The position numbers and the translations under genes are program-made. A stretch of 63,449 nt of DNA, filler included, from Rhabdomonas costata (lineage: Eukaryota): the NCBI GenBank assembly GCA_019059605.1. It is 57 parts of 57 records of this genome, joined end to end, with 100 filler letters (N's around TTAATTAATTAA, not from the genome) between each part and the next. Parts side by side here need not be neighbours in the genome. Positions count along the whole stretch, not along the records: positions 47,937 to 48,951 come from JAHMHO010033472.1; positions 49,052 to 50,065 come from JAHMHO010033473.1; positions 50,166 to 51,185 come from JAHMHO010033474.1; positions 51,286 to 52,300 come from JAHMHO010033475.1; positions 52,401 to 53,415 come from JAHMHO010033476.1; positions 53,516 to 54,530 come from JAHMHO010033477.1; positions 54,631 to 55,645 come from JAHMHO010033478.1; positions 55,746 to 56,760 come from JAHMHO010033479.1; 49 more parts are not named here. The stretch is one strand, 5' to 3'. A model generated the notes under the pieces. That model was not told the DNA's origin and made no database searches. It was given only the letters and a program-made list of their open reading frames with translations. Of the stretch, positions 48,109 to 60,040 are shown one piece after another (positions within the stretch are counted from its first letter, which is position 1; each line of letters begins with the position of its first letter).

Positions 48109-51100
48109 TTGAGACCAGCGTGTCAGACCGTGAATTAGAATCCCCTGACAGTTTTCGTGCCAGTGTTTACCCTTTACACCCAACTCTGTGTGTTTCCTTT
48201 CCGTCTCTTCATGGCACTTAAAAACACAAACGTGATCAAATAGACATTTCCTTTGGTGTTCGTTTTCGCTCCTTTAGGCCACGAAGAAGGCGGCGAAGAA
48301 GTGAAGAATTGTTCTGTAAATTTCTTTGGCGTTGTACATATGGTGTGACGTGTTTGTTTCATCGTGGCCAGTTGACCTCTTTATTGCTCATTACGTGTTG
48401 ACCAATCTGTTTATGTTGCAATGGCTCAGTTCTGAAAATAGCCACGACTGTGTGGACCAGCCGTTGTGTTCAGTAGATTCTTCTTTTTCTGAGATCGCCA
48501 TTGCGGGTCTTCGGACAGAAAAGATAGTGTACGCATAACGCCCACCCAAATCCAGAAGAGAGGTGTTGACTTGCCGCGTGTTGACGAAATGGTAAAAAGT
48601 AAGTTGAGGTATCGTGTGCCAGGTCTTTGGTTCCAGCCACAAGCTGAAATCCAGTTCTGTGTAGCGGAAGGGACGCAGCAAGGCCAGAAGTACCCGGCGC
48701 AGGCGTTGGTGCGCCAGCGTTGTCAAACCCCGCGGTGGGGTTCACCAAGGTCCGGCTGAAGGCTTTGGTTTGGACCAGCCCTTTAAGTACAGGTCGCGTT
48801 TGCCCCGCAAGTAAGGAAACGCAAAGACTGACACCATTCATGATTCTCCTCCGGTGCCGCTTGGCCACACCTAAAATAGGGTTATTTGCATTGTATTTGA
48901 GTTTAGAAACTCCACCGCCGGACCCACTTCCCGGTTTGGTTCCCGTTTGCCNNNNNNNNNNNNNNNNNNNNNNNNNNNNNNNNNNNNNNNNNNNNTTAAT
49001 TAATTAANNNNNNNNNNNNNNNNNNNNNNNNNNNNNNNNNNNNNNNNNNNNGTGGTGGGTGTGTTTGGTGGTTGGGTGTCTTCCGCCTTCCCGGATCCCG
49101 GATCGCTTCTAAAAGAAACGGAAAAAATAGATTGTCTTTGCTTGAGTTCCCAAAAATGACCTTCCCAAATTCACCTAGTCATAGGGAGAACAGGAAGATA
49201 AAGAGGAACAAGACAAACGACGCACGCCCCACCCAGAGCTTCACCCCAATGGGTACGTTGGTGAAAAGGCGTAAAAACAAAAGTGCGTAGGTTAGCGTTG
49301 GTTGAGGTTGGTTAGGGTGATGCAAGCAGTAGGAGGGCACCCCCGGATGGCTGGGTCTTCCTACCTATTGGATTTCGGAAGACCTTCTGAAGCAAAGTTT
49401 TTTCAGAATATCTCAGAAACACGGAGGTTTGTTGTCAAGTGACCGAATCCAGTTCGGCTTCATCTCACTTCACCTGCCCCAGCTGAGTCCCGCGGTTAGA
49501 AGGCGTACTTCTCCCTCTCTGCCTTCTCGCCCTCGAGTCGCGCTTGAGCGCCCAAAATTTTCAAGCTGGTTCAAAGACATTTTTGCTGCATAGGGGTCTC
49601 CCTGCATTGGCTTTCGTGCTGCGACGTGTGTTCTTTGGTGTTCGAGGTTAGTAGAATCTGGGAATACTCTCTAAGGATGTGATCCGGGATCGAGAGTTTG
49701 CCCTCCTTTTCCGCCTTTTTTGTACAGTAATGCCCTCACGTACTGATCGTTGTATACTCACACATTGCAGCTCGGTGACGGCTGTTGATGCACACCGTCC
49801 TTGTCACCGTACCAGTAGCTCCAATTTATTACCCTTTCTTGGGCGGAAAAATCCGTTTGGCGAGCGAGCCTTGGACATTTTGCCGATGAGTGGGCCAGCG
49901 CGAGTGTGGGGCCATGGGGCGATGCGATATGCCTTAGCATCCTCCGGATTACATTTCTGGGAGATTACATTTCTGAGAGGGGCGTCTGCTGCCGAGAGGG
50001 GAGCGGAACTTTGAAGAAAGCAGGGCGAGCGTCACTGAGTGCACTTTGCCCAAACACACCCAACANNNNNNNNNNNNNNNNNNNNNNNNNNNNNNNNNNN
50101 NNNNNNNNNTTAATTAATTAANNNNNNNNNNNNNNNNNNNNNNNNNNNNNNNNNNNNNNNNNNNNCAGCTCGCTGCCCAGCGTATCCCCATATAGATGGA
50201 GAGAATCGTGGTATACCTGATTATGAGGGAAGGGCATGGGCCATGGCAACCAAAGATACACACGGTCTGAGAGCTGGGTAAGCAAGGACAGTTTGTCTTT
50301 GGTCCTGTTACCAAGAACGCTGTAATGGGTGGAGGTGGTGTGACGGAGAGATACCCATCGAAATCGTGAGCATCAGCAGGGGCATGAGAATGGGAAGAGG
50401 ATCGATCCTTAGAACGACTCCGGTCCACGATCTCCGCGTACCTAAAACATAGCGGTTTAAGGGGAAATGAAGCCAGCAAGCTAATCTCATCGCAGGTGAA
50501 ATGGAATAAAAGGAGAAAAACTGCAGCCCATTTGAAACAGCCCATGATGGACCTTTGCATGTGTTTGTGTGGGGTTCTCTGGAAGCAACCTGTGGGTCGG
50601 GAAGAGTCCCTCTCGGGCGGTAGAAGACGGACCCGCGGTGCTGGCAGGGGCGCCGTGGCTGAGCTCCAGCAGCCGCTGCGCGTTCCGGCGGTCATCAACA
50701 ATGATCAGGACACGGGGAAGGTGGCTGAGGTCACCCCCGCTGCCCGTGGACAGCAGACCAGGACCTGCGGGCCGAAGGTCGTGCTCTCCGGAGAGGGAAT
50801 ACCTGGGCACCATCAAACGAAGAATTGAGATACTTGAATCAGGGGTCTTTTCCATATTCAACTTTTCCTTTCAACTCACCTGACAAACGCAGTTAAATGC
50901 ACAAGGAATCAATTGTCAGCAATTGTCCATAGAACTCTCCATATTTTTCTCCCCCGCCTCCGGCCGTCTCCCCATCAAGATACTTTTTTCCAAGACTTTG
51001 AGATCAACCTCACTGAATTACATCTTTCTCTCGAACTCTTTGTGCACTCCACAATACGCTTCCACCCGTCTCTGCAGGGAATTTAGGTAAGGGGGGCAAT

Positions 51101-51116
51101 GAACTGCTGGGCATAC

Positions 51117-51177
<61 letters not shown>

Positions 51178-52744
51178 CAAAAACCNNNNNNNNNNNNNNN
51201 NNNNNNNNNNNNNNNNNNNNNNNNNNNNNTTAATTAATTAANNNNNNNNNNNNNNNNNNNNNNNNNNNNNNNNNNNNNNNNNNNNTGTTTTTTGTAGTAA
51301 AAATGTAGTAAAAAAATGTAGTAAACCGTGTGCCTCTCCATGGCAATACCCCGCGCACAAAGAGAGCTCATATGCTCAAAGCCCTAAGGTGTGCCCAGAT
51401 GATCGGTGGGCCCAATCACGCCCAATCATCATGACTGTTGGCAAGAATTGCAATTGTTTCATTTTGCAACAATCCCAGCGTCATCAACGTCGATGGATAA
51501 AGTTGTCCCTGATCAGTTCTACCCTTCTGGTATAGTTTATCAAGTCCCGACCGCCAAGGCTGATCAACAATTTTAAAGTCATTGTCCTTCTAATACCGCG
51601 GGGCGGCCATGCGTGCAAGAGCGGGTCCCATGGACGATTGATTTAAAATCCAAAGTGGGAAAAAATCTCAATAAAATCAACCCTACAAGACATCGACTTA
51701 CCGGGAGGCGCTGGAGTGCCAGAATCTTGGTTTGATCCGAGTTTCGAAGGCCGCGTACATAGGCCTAACTGCTGATGTCTTTAAAGCATCTCAGTAACCT
51801 TGCCGATATACATGCTGCCCGCGCCCCGGTGTGCGCGCGTCCGGCCACGGCGCGAGCTGGTTCAGCACACTTCTGCTTAACCTTTTTCCCTGCGGTACAA
51901 AAGAAGTACAATGACATTATGCAGATCAGCTTGCACCTGTTCCTTAACAGTCCGTCCCCTCCCCAAAAAAAAGTGCGGGCGCCGGCAAAGCACCGACGTG
52001 AATAGGTGGGAAACCCCGGACCTCAGACGAATTTCGAGTAACAAAATGGGCGATAAGGGCGCGGAATATGGTGCATGATGGCAGCAAGGAAAGGGACATC
52101 AACGAAAAATTGCGCAGTAAATGAACAATACCACTTGAAAATTGTACAGCCTCAGAAAACAACCGGAAGCCCCACGTGCATCAGCTTTCCGGCCTAGCAC
52201 GTAAATTCGTCCATGCCCAAAAAAACTCAAAATTGATACGAGGATGCAGAAGAAACCTCGCGGTATTATAGGCCACAGCCAATCCAACGGACCCACAACC
52301 NNNNNNNNNNNNNNNNNNNNNNNNNNNNNNNNNNNNNNNNNNNNTTAATTAATTAANNNNNNNNNNNNNNNNNNNNNNNNNNNNNNNNNNNNNNNNNNNN
52401 TTTTTTTGGGGGCATTTTGGAGGCATCCTCCCCCGTCATTGACACATGTACGCATGTCTAACAGTTTCTGCATGCATAAATTGTCGAAGCTTATCTTCCG
52501 GGGATTATAGGTGAACTATACTTTATTGCTGTTTTATTGGGTGCAATTGTGAGTGTGGTCACTTTATTTTTGTCTCGAGCAGTAGACTTTGTACACGCTG
52601 GGGGTACACTTAATTCTTTTCGTATGTACTGATACTTGCCTTCTCGGTCGCACTTTTGAAATTGGTATGTTCCACCCACCTTGATCCCCTGGGGGGAGCT
52701 GCTTACAGCTGGCTCTCTTTGTTCCCTTGCATCTCCCCCTGCAG

Positions 52745-53048
52745 AGCTCGTTCATGAAGATCCTTTCCGGCCGGATTAAGGAGGGCCGCACCAACCTCAT
52801 CAGCGGGACGATCACCTACAACGGGATTCCTCGCAGCAAGGTCCTGCTCACCAAGGTCACCGCGTACGTCTCCCAGCGCGACGAGCACCTCGCCTTTCTG
52901 ACGGTGCGAGAGACGGTGGATTTCGCTCTGAAGACGGTTTTCGGGCTGCACAAAATGAAGGCGCCTACCGAGAGCGGCGATGTGTCATACGAGCAGCTGA
53001 TGAAAGTGTGGTCGCTGATGGTGGACATCCAGCTCACTCTTCTGGGTA
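52745..53048 (+). CDS. Exon of an ABCG/PDR-family transporter nucleotide-binding domain; 3' end approximate
   Basis: SSFMKILSGR..SGTITYNG..AYVSQRDEHLAFLTVRETVDFA..LTLLGI. Confidence 0.9.
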
Positions 53049-53523
53049 TCGGAGCGTTCTTTGCCAAACAGTCCGCAAGCCAAGTGAAGGATAAATGATT
53101 TCAAGCAACTCACGAACCTTGCCAAATGAAGAATCTCGTGCTGACTTAAAAAGTACCAGGTGTGTGTCGAATTTGCTCCTCCACCAAATTAATGGGTGGT
53201 CGCTCGTGGGCTTTTGGGTGTGATAACATTTCATAAGAAGCCCGTACGAGACTCGGTGGGTAAATCATCTACGAAACTCACGAGCGAGCTTTAAATGAGT
53301 TTTAAATGGATGGGGGGTGGAATCGTGGAATAGATGTTTTGTACTGTTTTTTCATGCGTATTCTCACCTGTACTTTTCTGGGTGGCGCCGACTGTACGCT
53401 CCTTGCCACAAAAAANNNNNNNNNNNNNNNNNNNNNNNNNNNNNNNNNNNNNNNNNNNNTTAATTAATTAANNNNNNNNNNNNNNNNNNNNNNNNNNNNN
53501 NNNNNNNNNNNNNNNTGTGTTGG

Positions 53524-53925
53524 GGCAGACCAGCAGCGAGAGTATGATGCCGTGCTGACCTTTGGGTCAACCATTTTCCGCGACCCTTCACTCAACATTC
53601 ATATGCACATCCCGCTCAACCTCTCTTCTCAAGTTAGCGGGAAGGCAGTTAGTTATGTTCTTGTTTTACTTGTGCTCAAAACGGATCACTCCATCCCAGT
53701 GATGCCCGGGCCTTTCCGTGCGGCACAGGCCCAGCAGCAGCGCCGTGGGGCCGTCCTCCGGGACGGCTTGGGCGGCCCTCTGGAAAGCTCCTTCCGCGGG
53801 GATCATACTTCCGGCGACGAAGTGCCGCATTCCCTATTTTGCAGGCCAACGACGAAGTTAAGGAATCGCGGAAAATGGTTGACCCAAAGGTCAGCACGGC
53901 ATCATACTCTCGCTGCTGGTCTGCC
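53524..53925. repeat. Perfect 60-bp inverted repeat (53524-53583 / 53866-53925)
   Basis: Exact reverse complements; the left copy sits at the contig start. Confidence 0.95.
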
Positions 53926-55280
53926 GCAACACTCCGACCGAAACAGAGCGAATAACATGTCAAAATCAACGAAGTGCAAAATCACAGCTTCATTCGGCAA
54001 GTAGAGAGATTGATGAGGCTAGCGATGAGGAAACCCAGAGAAGCGGACAATTGGAAAAAGGACCCAACGCTGAAGAAACTCAACGGTAAGCCTGGCAGGA
54101 GGCACAGACACACGGCACGCCCGCACTCAGGTTCCAGTCCCCATTTCGCTCAACTTGGAAAATGCATGCAGAGACAGGCTAAAGCCACCCCTGAAGAGCC
54201 CCTCTTCCTCGGATGTATTCTGGTCTGACCTTCATTAGAGTATCTCTGTCTCTTAAGAACGTTTCACAATTGTGCTGCCAAAAATGCCAACCCGAAGGGT
54301 CTTTCCCCACCAGAGACTCGTCTATCCAACACCATATATTTTCATTTCTTTTCATTGGCAGCAATTACAGCACTTCCAAGCACTCCCTGCAACCCGTTCA
54401 GGAACTCGTGGGGGCGCGAATGCCGGTGCCTGCCGTGGGGATGCTCTGAGTCTATCCTGCACACATAACCACTTCATTTGTTCCACTTGAGCCTCAGGGG
54501 AATTCGATCGCTACGAGAATCCCAAAACCCNNNNNNNNNNNNNNNNNNNNNNNNNNNNNNNNNNNNNNNNNNNNTTAATTAATTAANNNNNNNNNNNNNN
54601 NNNNNNNNNNNNNNNNNNNNNNNNNNNNNNGGGTTTGTTTTGACTCATGAATACGTGAGCTTTCCCTGTAGCCTGTTTTCCTGTGGGCGTGAGCCCCCTC
54701 CTTCCTTACCATGCTATGCTTTTCGTTTTACAGATGCAGCTGCTTCCGCAGATTTCCGACTCGATTGACAGCCGCTTGTCGCGGTGCGCCTTTGCATTCT
54801 CACCTGCGCGCCCTGTCATTGCGGATGTGTCATGATCCTCTATATTCTCTCCTTTCGCGCACTTGTCAAGTGAGAAGCAGCCCTTTTTTCTGGCTGTTGT
54901 TGAGTTTAAAGTATGCCGCTGTGCTGCGCAAGGAGCCAAGATTTCAATGTGACGGGTGGACAAAGGGTGGACCAGTCGCCGGTTTTTTAAGCCGCTCCGG
55001 GTAGGGCTTCTCTGACTGTGATGCAAATTCGCAGATTTTCTCACGAGGATTCCTCCGAGTTTTTTTTTACCTTCATTCTTACTTTACCGTGGTTGCCACA
55101 GGTTAATTATTGCTCTCAGGGCTTTTTCTGGCTTCGTCTTTTCCGCTAGCAGGAGACCTTCTCTACGCGGGGCCCAATGTAAGCCATGCCTTTATCATTC
55201 ACACACACATACACACCGTTGGGAGCTGATGCATTGCACACCTTCGAGCCCTTCTCATAGCGCTTTTCTCTGCATCCCAG

Positions 55281-55488
55281 GGCACAGACCTTGGTGCAGT
55301 TCAACAAGGAGCTGTTCCGCACGGGGTACTACACCCTGGACCCCCAGTCCTACCTTCCCGCCTTCCACTCGCTGCTGTCCAACTGCAAGTTCACCAGCAC
55401 GGTGTTCCTGACCACAGCCACAGGGGGCCTGTACGGGCACTTCCGGCACCCTGAGGGCGCGTACACCTCCATGTGGCTATACGACGAG
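55281..55488 (+). CDS. Probable exon, unidentified (possibly an extracellular sensor domain)
   Basis: atcccag|...GAG|gtctgt; GC3-rich VQFNKELFRTGYYTLDPQSYLPAF..VFLTTATGGLYG. Confidence 0.55.
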
Positions 55489-55770
55489 GTCTGTGCTTAC
55501 TGGCCTTTGTGCGTCTTCGTGTGAATATTTGAGCTCCTTGAGTTTTGATCCAACTCGGTCTTAAGGGGCAGTCAGATGGGAAATGAGAGGCATGTCTTTG
55601 CCTGCAACGGCAAACTCTGCCCCAGTTCTAGGTCCACCACACCCCNNNNNNNNNNNNNNNNNNNNNNNNNNNNNNNNNNNNNNNNNNNNTTAATTAATTA
55701 ANNNNNNNNNNNNNNNNNNNNNNNNNNNNNNNNNNNNNNNNNNNNTGGGGGTCACACTTTTCCACCACAG

Positions 55771-56086
55771 GCCGATTGCGGAGAGCTCTTCGTTGAGGGA
55801 AGAGCAGCCCAACCTGGGTCCTCACACGGAGCCTGCCGTGGGGGCGACCGGCCCTCTGCTTACCTCACGGCAAGGGCCTGCCTCGCCCAAGGGGTTCGCG
55901 TACGTCTCCATTATAAGCAACAACAAATACGTCGACGGGGCCCTGGTGCTAGCGTTTGCGCTGCGGCGGCGCTCGGAGCTGGTGCGCACTGGGGCGGGGT
56001 GCCGGCTGGTACTACTGATCAGCCCCGCGGTGAGCGTGGGGAACCGGGCTCGGCTCCGGGCCTCGGGCTGGGATGAGGTGCAAGGA
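55771..56086 (+). CDS. Exon of a GT8 (glycogenin-like) glycosyltransferase, N-terminal part; 3' end approximate
   Basis: FAYVSIISNNKYVDGALVLAFALRR..LVLLISPAVS..RARLRASGW. Confidence 0.85.
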
Positions 56087-56435
56087 GTCAGGGAGCTTCA
56101 CAGCGAAGACTTTGTCGGGGTTGTGCAGTGGCAGCACATCCACCTACGTGCGCAAAAAGCCCAGGCATCTGCAAGCGTTTTCGGTCAATATAGTCCACGA
56201 CTGATTTTAACAGAGCGAATACAACAATAAAAAGCGAGGCACATCAGTCAGTCCTTTCCCCCAAGCTGTTTTAGAAAATCTCTCTATACGAGTTTACGTT
56301 TTCTTCACATCCGTTCTGACTTCCACAGAATCCCCAGAATGCGGGGTGCACAAAAAGAATCGTTGCCTCGCAAAAACCATCTGAGCACTACCCCGCCATA
56401 AAAAGCACGCTTCCAGAAGAACGCATGCCGCATAC

Positions 56436-56537
56436 GTCATAAAAAGCAATCCGCTGGTATGCAGTCAAGTTGAACATGTAGAGCTTGTTGAAGGTATCCT
56501 TCAAGGCGGAGTGGGGTGCATAACGTCCCAGATCCTC
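56436..56537 (-). CDS. Following exon of a GT8 glycosyltransferase, on the opposite strand
   Basis: EDLGRYAPHSALKDTFNKLYMFNLTAYQRIAFYD (TFxKL..LTxYxRIxFxD, just before DxD); ttgcag|...|gtatgc, 34 codons. Confidence 0.85.
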
Positions 56538-57020
56538 CTGCAATACAAAAGGGAAGACAAATGTGAGGCCACACTGCTCTACTGCTCTGCCTATCCAACT
56601 CACCCTTGGTTCCCCCGATAGGGACATCAGGAATGGGAGATGTATCGAACATCATGCACACACCCGCAAACCTTCCGCCCGCCGTACCCGCTATTAGATT
56701 GTCCTGGAACTTCGAACATTTTTTCTGCGTTTGCACACCCCCCCCAAACACACCACCACANNNNNNNNNNNNNNNNNNNNNNNNNNNNNNNNNNNNNNNN
56801 NNNNTTAATTAATTAANNNNNNNNNNNNNNNNNNNNNNNNNNNNNNNNNNNNNNNNNNNNGTTGGTGTCCCATTTTCAAAACGTGAATATTGTGAACCCT
56901 GTAAAAGGTTGTCTCCTCCGCGCTGTGGTCCTTCTTGTATAAAAAGAAATCTGTTCGGTTTGTATGTCTGAGATTGATGGCCCTCAGCAGCGCCACCATG
57001 AGCCGCTTAGCCGTCCACAG

Positions 57021-57329
57021 GCGTGCCCTTTCAAGAGCCCTATGCCGTGATCGCCGCCCGGCTGGCCACCGCCGACCCGATCCCTCCGGGGCAAAGCATG
57101 GGCCACTACCCAGTGATGCACAGCCCCAGCTCCTGCTGGCTGACCTCGCTGCGGGGCTGCCGTGGCGCAGCTGACGTGGTGTCGTTTGCGAGGATGGTGG
57201 TGGCTCGACCCCTTGAATCTCGGGTGCTGGCACGGGCCCAGGACAGCTCTGAGGAGGGGGTGCAGGAGGAGGTGGCGCGTTTCTCGCGACACAGCTCCGT
57301 GCGTGATGACGGAAAGGAGGAGGAGGCAG
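57021..57329 (+). CDS. Probable exon, unidentified protein
   Basis: ccacag|...GCAG|gtaagg with a GC3-rich open frame. Confidence 0.45.
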
Positions 57330-59999
57330 GTAAGGTTGTTTCAACGGCCGCGGATGCGGCCATTGAGGACCGCTTCACCGGCCTGAAGGTTTGATGCGGG
57401 ACTGCATCCATAGCCCCCTTCCTCACCCACTTTACTGCTCTTAACATATCTTAATGAGAGTGCAATAGAAGGATTTTCCCATCGCATTATCCTCCAGGGC
57501 AGAACACACGCACGCACGCATGCACACACACACACACACAGTATGAATGTCGTGGCACCAGTGGAGTGTTTTGGAGATTTTGTGTACCTGAGAGAGCGTG
57601 CCATCATCGTGCGAGAATGAGTTGTCACTGCGAGCCTCTGCGTCCACAAGGTCTGTTTTTCCAGAAACACTCTAAGTTCTCCCTCCCGTCCTCATGATTC
57701 CAGCTCCCTATGGGTGAATCATCTTGGAAAACGGGCGGGTTAAGGTGTGTTTTAAAGTCCGAGGCTGTTGTGTGGGGAGGGGCATTGCCACAGTATGCCA
57801 ACCCCATTTCATCAAAACAGCATCGTGTAGCGGGTGCAGACACACTTCACTAATCCTCGTACTCGAAAAAAAACCNNNNNNNNNNNNNNNNNNNNNNNNN
57901 NNNNNNNNNNNNNNNNNNNTTAATTAATTAANNNNNNNNNNNNNNNNNNNNNNNNNNNNNNNNNNNNNNNNNNNNGTGTTGGGGTGTTTGGGGGGGGGGG
58001 TGCGAGAGCTGGATCCAAACTAAACCAAAGAATAGACCTGCAATTAAAGCAGAAGACGACAAAAGGGGTGCGAACACCGTGCATTACGAAAGGGTGCTTC
58101 GGGAACGGGAACACATGGACACACACTTAGCCCCGCCCAGCAGGGCTGCTTTTGAACGCCCAGTCACTGAGATTCATATTTCCATACTCCCAGTGGCGGT
58201 CAGCATTTGCGCAACCAATGATCGCGTTCTAGGAGCCATAAAAAGCAAGCGAAATAAATTTCAGGCCAGAGACCAGAATCCGCACTGAATTAGAGGTTAT
58301 CGGATTAGTTGCGTCGACACGTGGCACATTTTCTGCATATCTACTGGCAGTGACAAAAAAGCAACAAGAGACCGCGCTCTTGCTCATACTGACTTGACCG
58401 GTGATGGGCCATTGTCCAACGCGATACAATCGCATTACCTAACAGACACTTTCGTGAGATGAGGGAAAGTTCCCGGGAGTGAATTTCCGCAATTGCCGTT
58501 CCCAACCCGACCACAGAACTACAACATTCCACCCCAATACGCACGATGCAGTGAGTAATAGGCAAATCTTACAAAACCACAGAAGGCTAAGAAGATTCCG
58601 AGAGCACTACGAGGGAAGCATAGAACGGCCTGGGAATCCGAACCGCTCCCCTCCTCACATCTCTGCGCCTTTTTCCACGTTCATGCACATGCAAAGACAG
58701 ACACATACACAAGAAGAACTCCGCCTCTGAGTTTCGAGCACTGCCTAAGAGATGAGGATTCGAGCCACCAGGGCGCCGGCAGAACCGGGATGCAGCTGCA
58801 AAAAATGAAGGTACGAGAGAGAAACACAGAGCTGGGGAGTGGCGAAAAAGCCAGGGATACATTTTCCATTTCTTTGTACAGTCACTGACTCCTGGCTGCG
58901 CTTCAAGTCCAGGCAATACGGCAAAACCATAACGGTGCAGCGATAGTCACGATGGCCACCGTAACATACCCACCGGAACCCACCACCCCNNNNNNNNNNN
59001 NNNNNNNNNNNNNNNNNNNNNNNNNNNNNNNNNTTAATTAATTAANNNNNNNNNNNNNNNNNNNNNNNNNNNNNNNNNNNNNNNNNNNNTTGTTTGTTCG
59101 TGATTGTGCAATGACAAGCCAAAGCAGGCTGAGCAAAACACAGCACAGTATATAGGACGACCAAAAAGCATGCCCAGAGCAATATACCTTAACGGGTAAC
59201 CAAGAGGAAGGCCGAGAAAACGAGGATTGGTGCCTCACAGTCCGCTCCTTGCTCACGGAGAAACCCCTCAAAAGGTGTTGGGATCTGAGAAAGGGCTGCG
59301 ATGGATTGTACAGGCAAAAACGCGGCACACAAGAAACGACCGACTCGGCTCAAGGCAGCATCAGAGGAGGCGGCTGAAAACTGGGAGAGGTCACAACTTC
59401 AGTGCCTAGGGAGGCACCGAATGTCCCAACTCATACCCATATCCATACCACGCCCCCACCACCCTTCCCATTCGTTCCTCCCAACACTCATCCCACAGAA
59501 CACAGAGCTTAGAGAACGTACGTGGAGTGTAAAACATCCACAACTTACAAAGTAGATTATCTATTGCACAGGGAGATAAGAGAGCTCCCTGGCCCTGAAC
59601 CTCAACAAAATCCAGAAATGAATCTATCGAAGCGAAAGAAGGAAATACACCTCGCAATGGCTTGTTAATTAGACAGAGCCCTCGAGGGGAGGAATGCAGA
59701 TGGAATGAATGCAGATGCAACGGAACCTTGCTACGTTACGGCCAGGTTCCTGACCACAGGGGCAACGTAGGCTCTGGGCTCAGACGGGCGCTGAAGGCAC
59801 GAGAACAGCCGCTGCAGCAATGTTTTGGGTTGGCCCTTTGGGGAAGCCTGACTTGGTCCAGGGCGGGCGACGTGAAAGGATCCCGAGTGAAGTGGGTTGA
59901 GGAGCGATGCAAGTCGGTTCCTGCATAAAAAAACAAGTCGAAGAAACAAGCATGTATTTTCAACACACATTGCGCGTGCTTTCTTTCTATGCAAACAAG

Positions 60000-60040
<41 letters not shown>

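Noticed and set aside
49920-49985. ALASSGLHFWEITF resembling a SPRY/B30.2 motif
   Set aside because: Too short, partly generated by a local gattacatttctg duplication, with no clear splice boundaries
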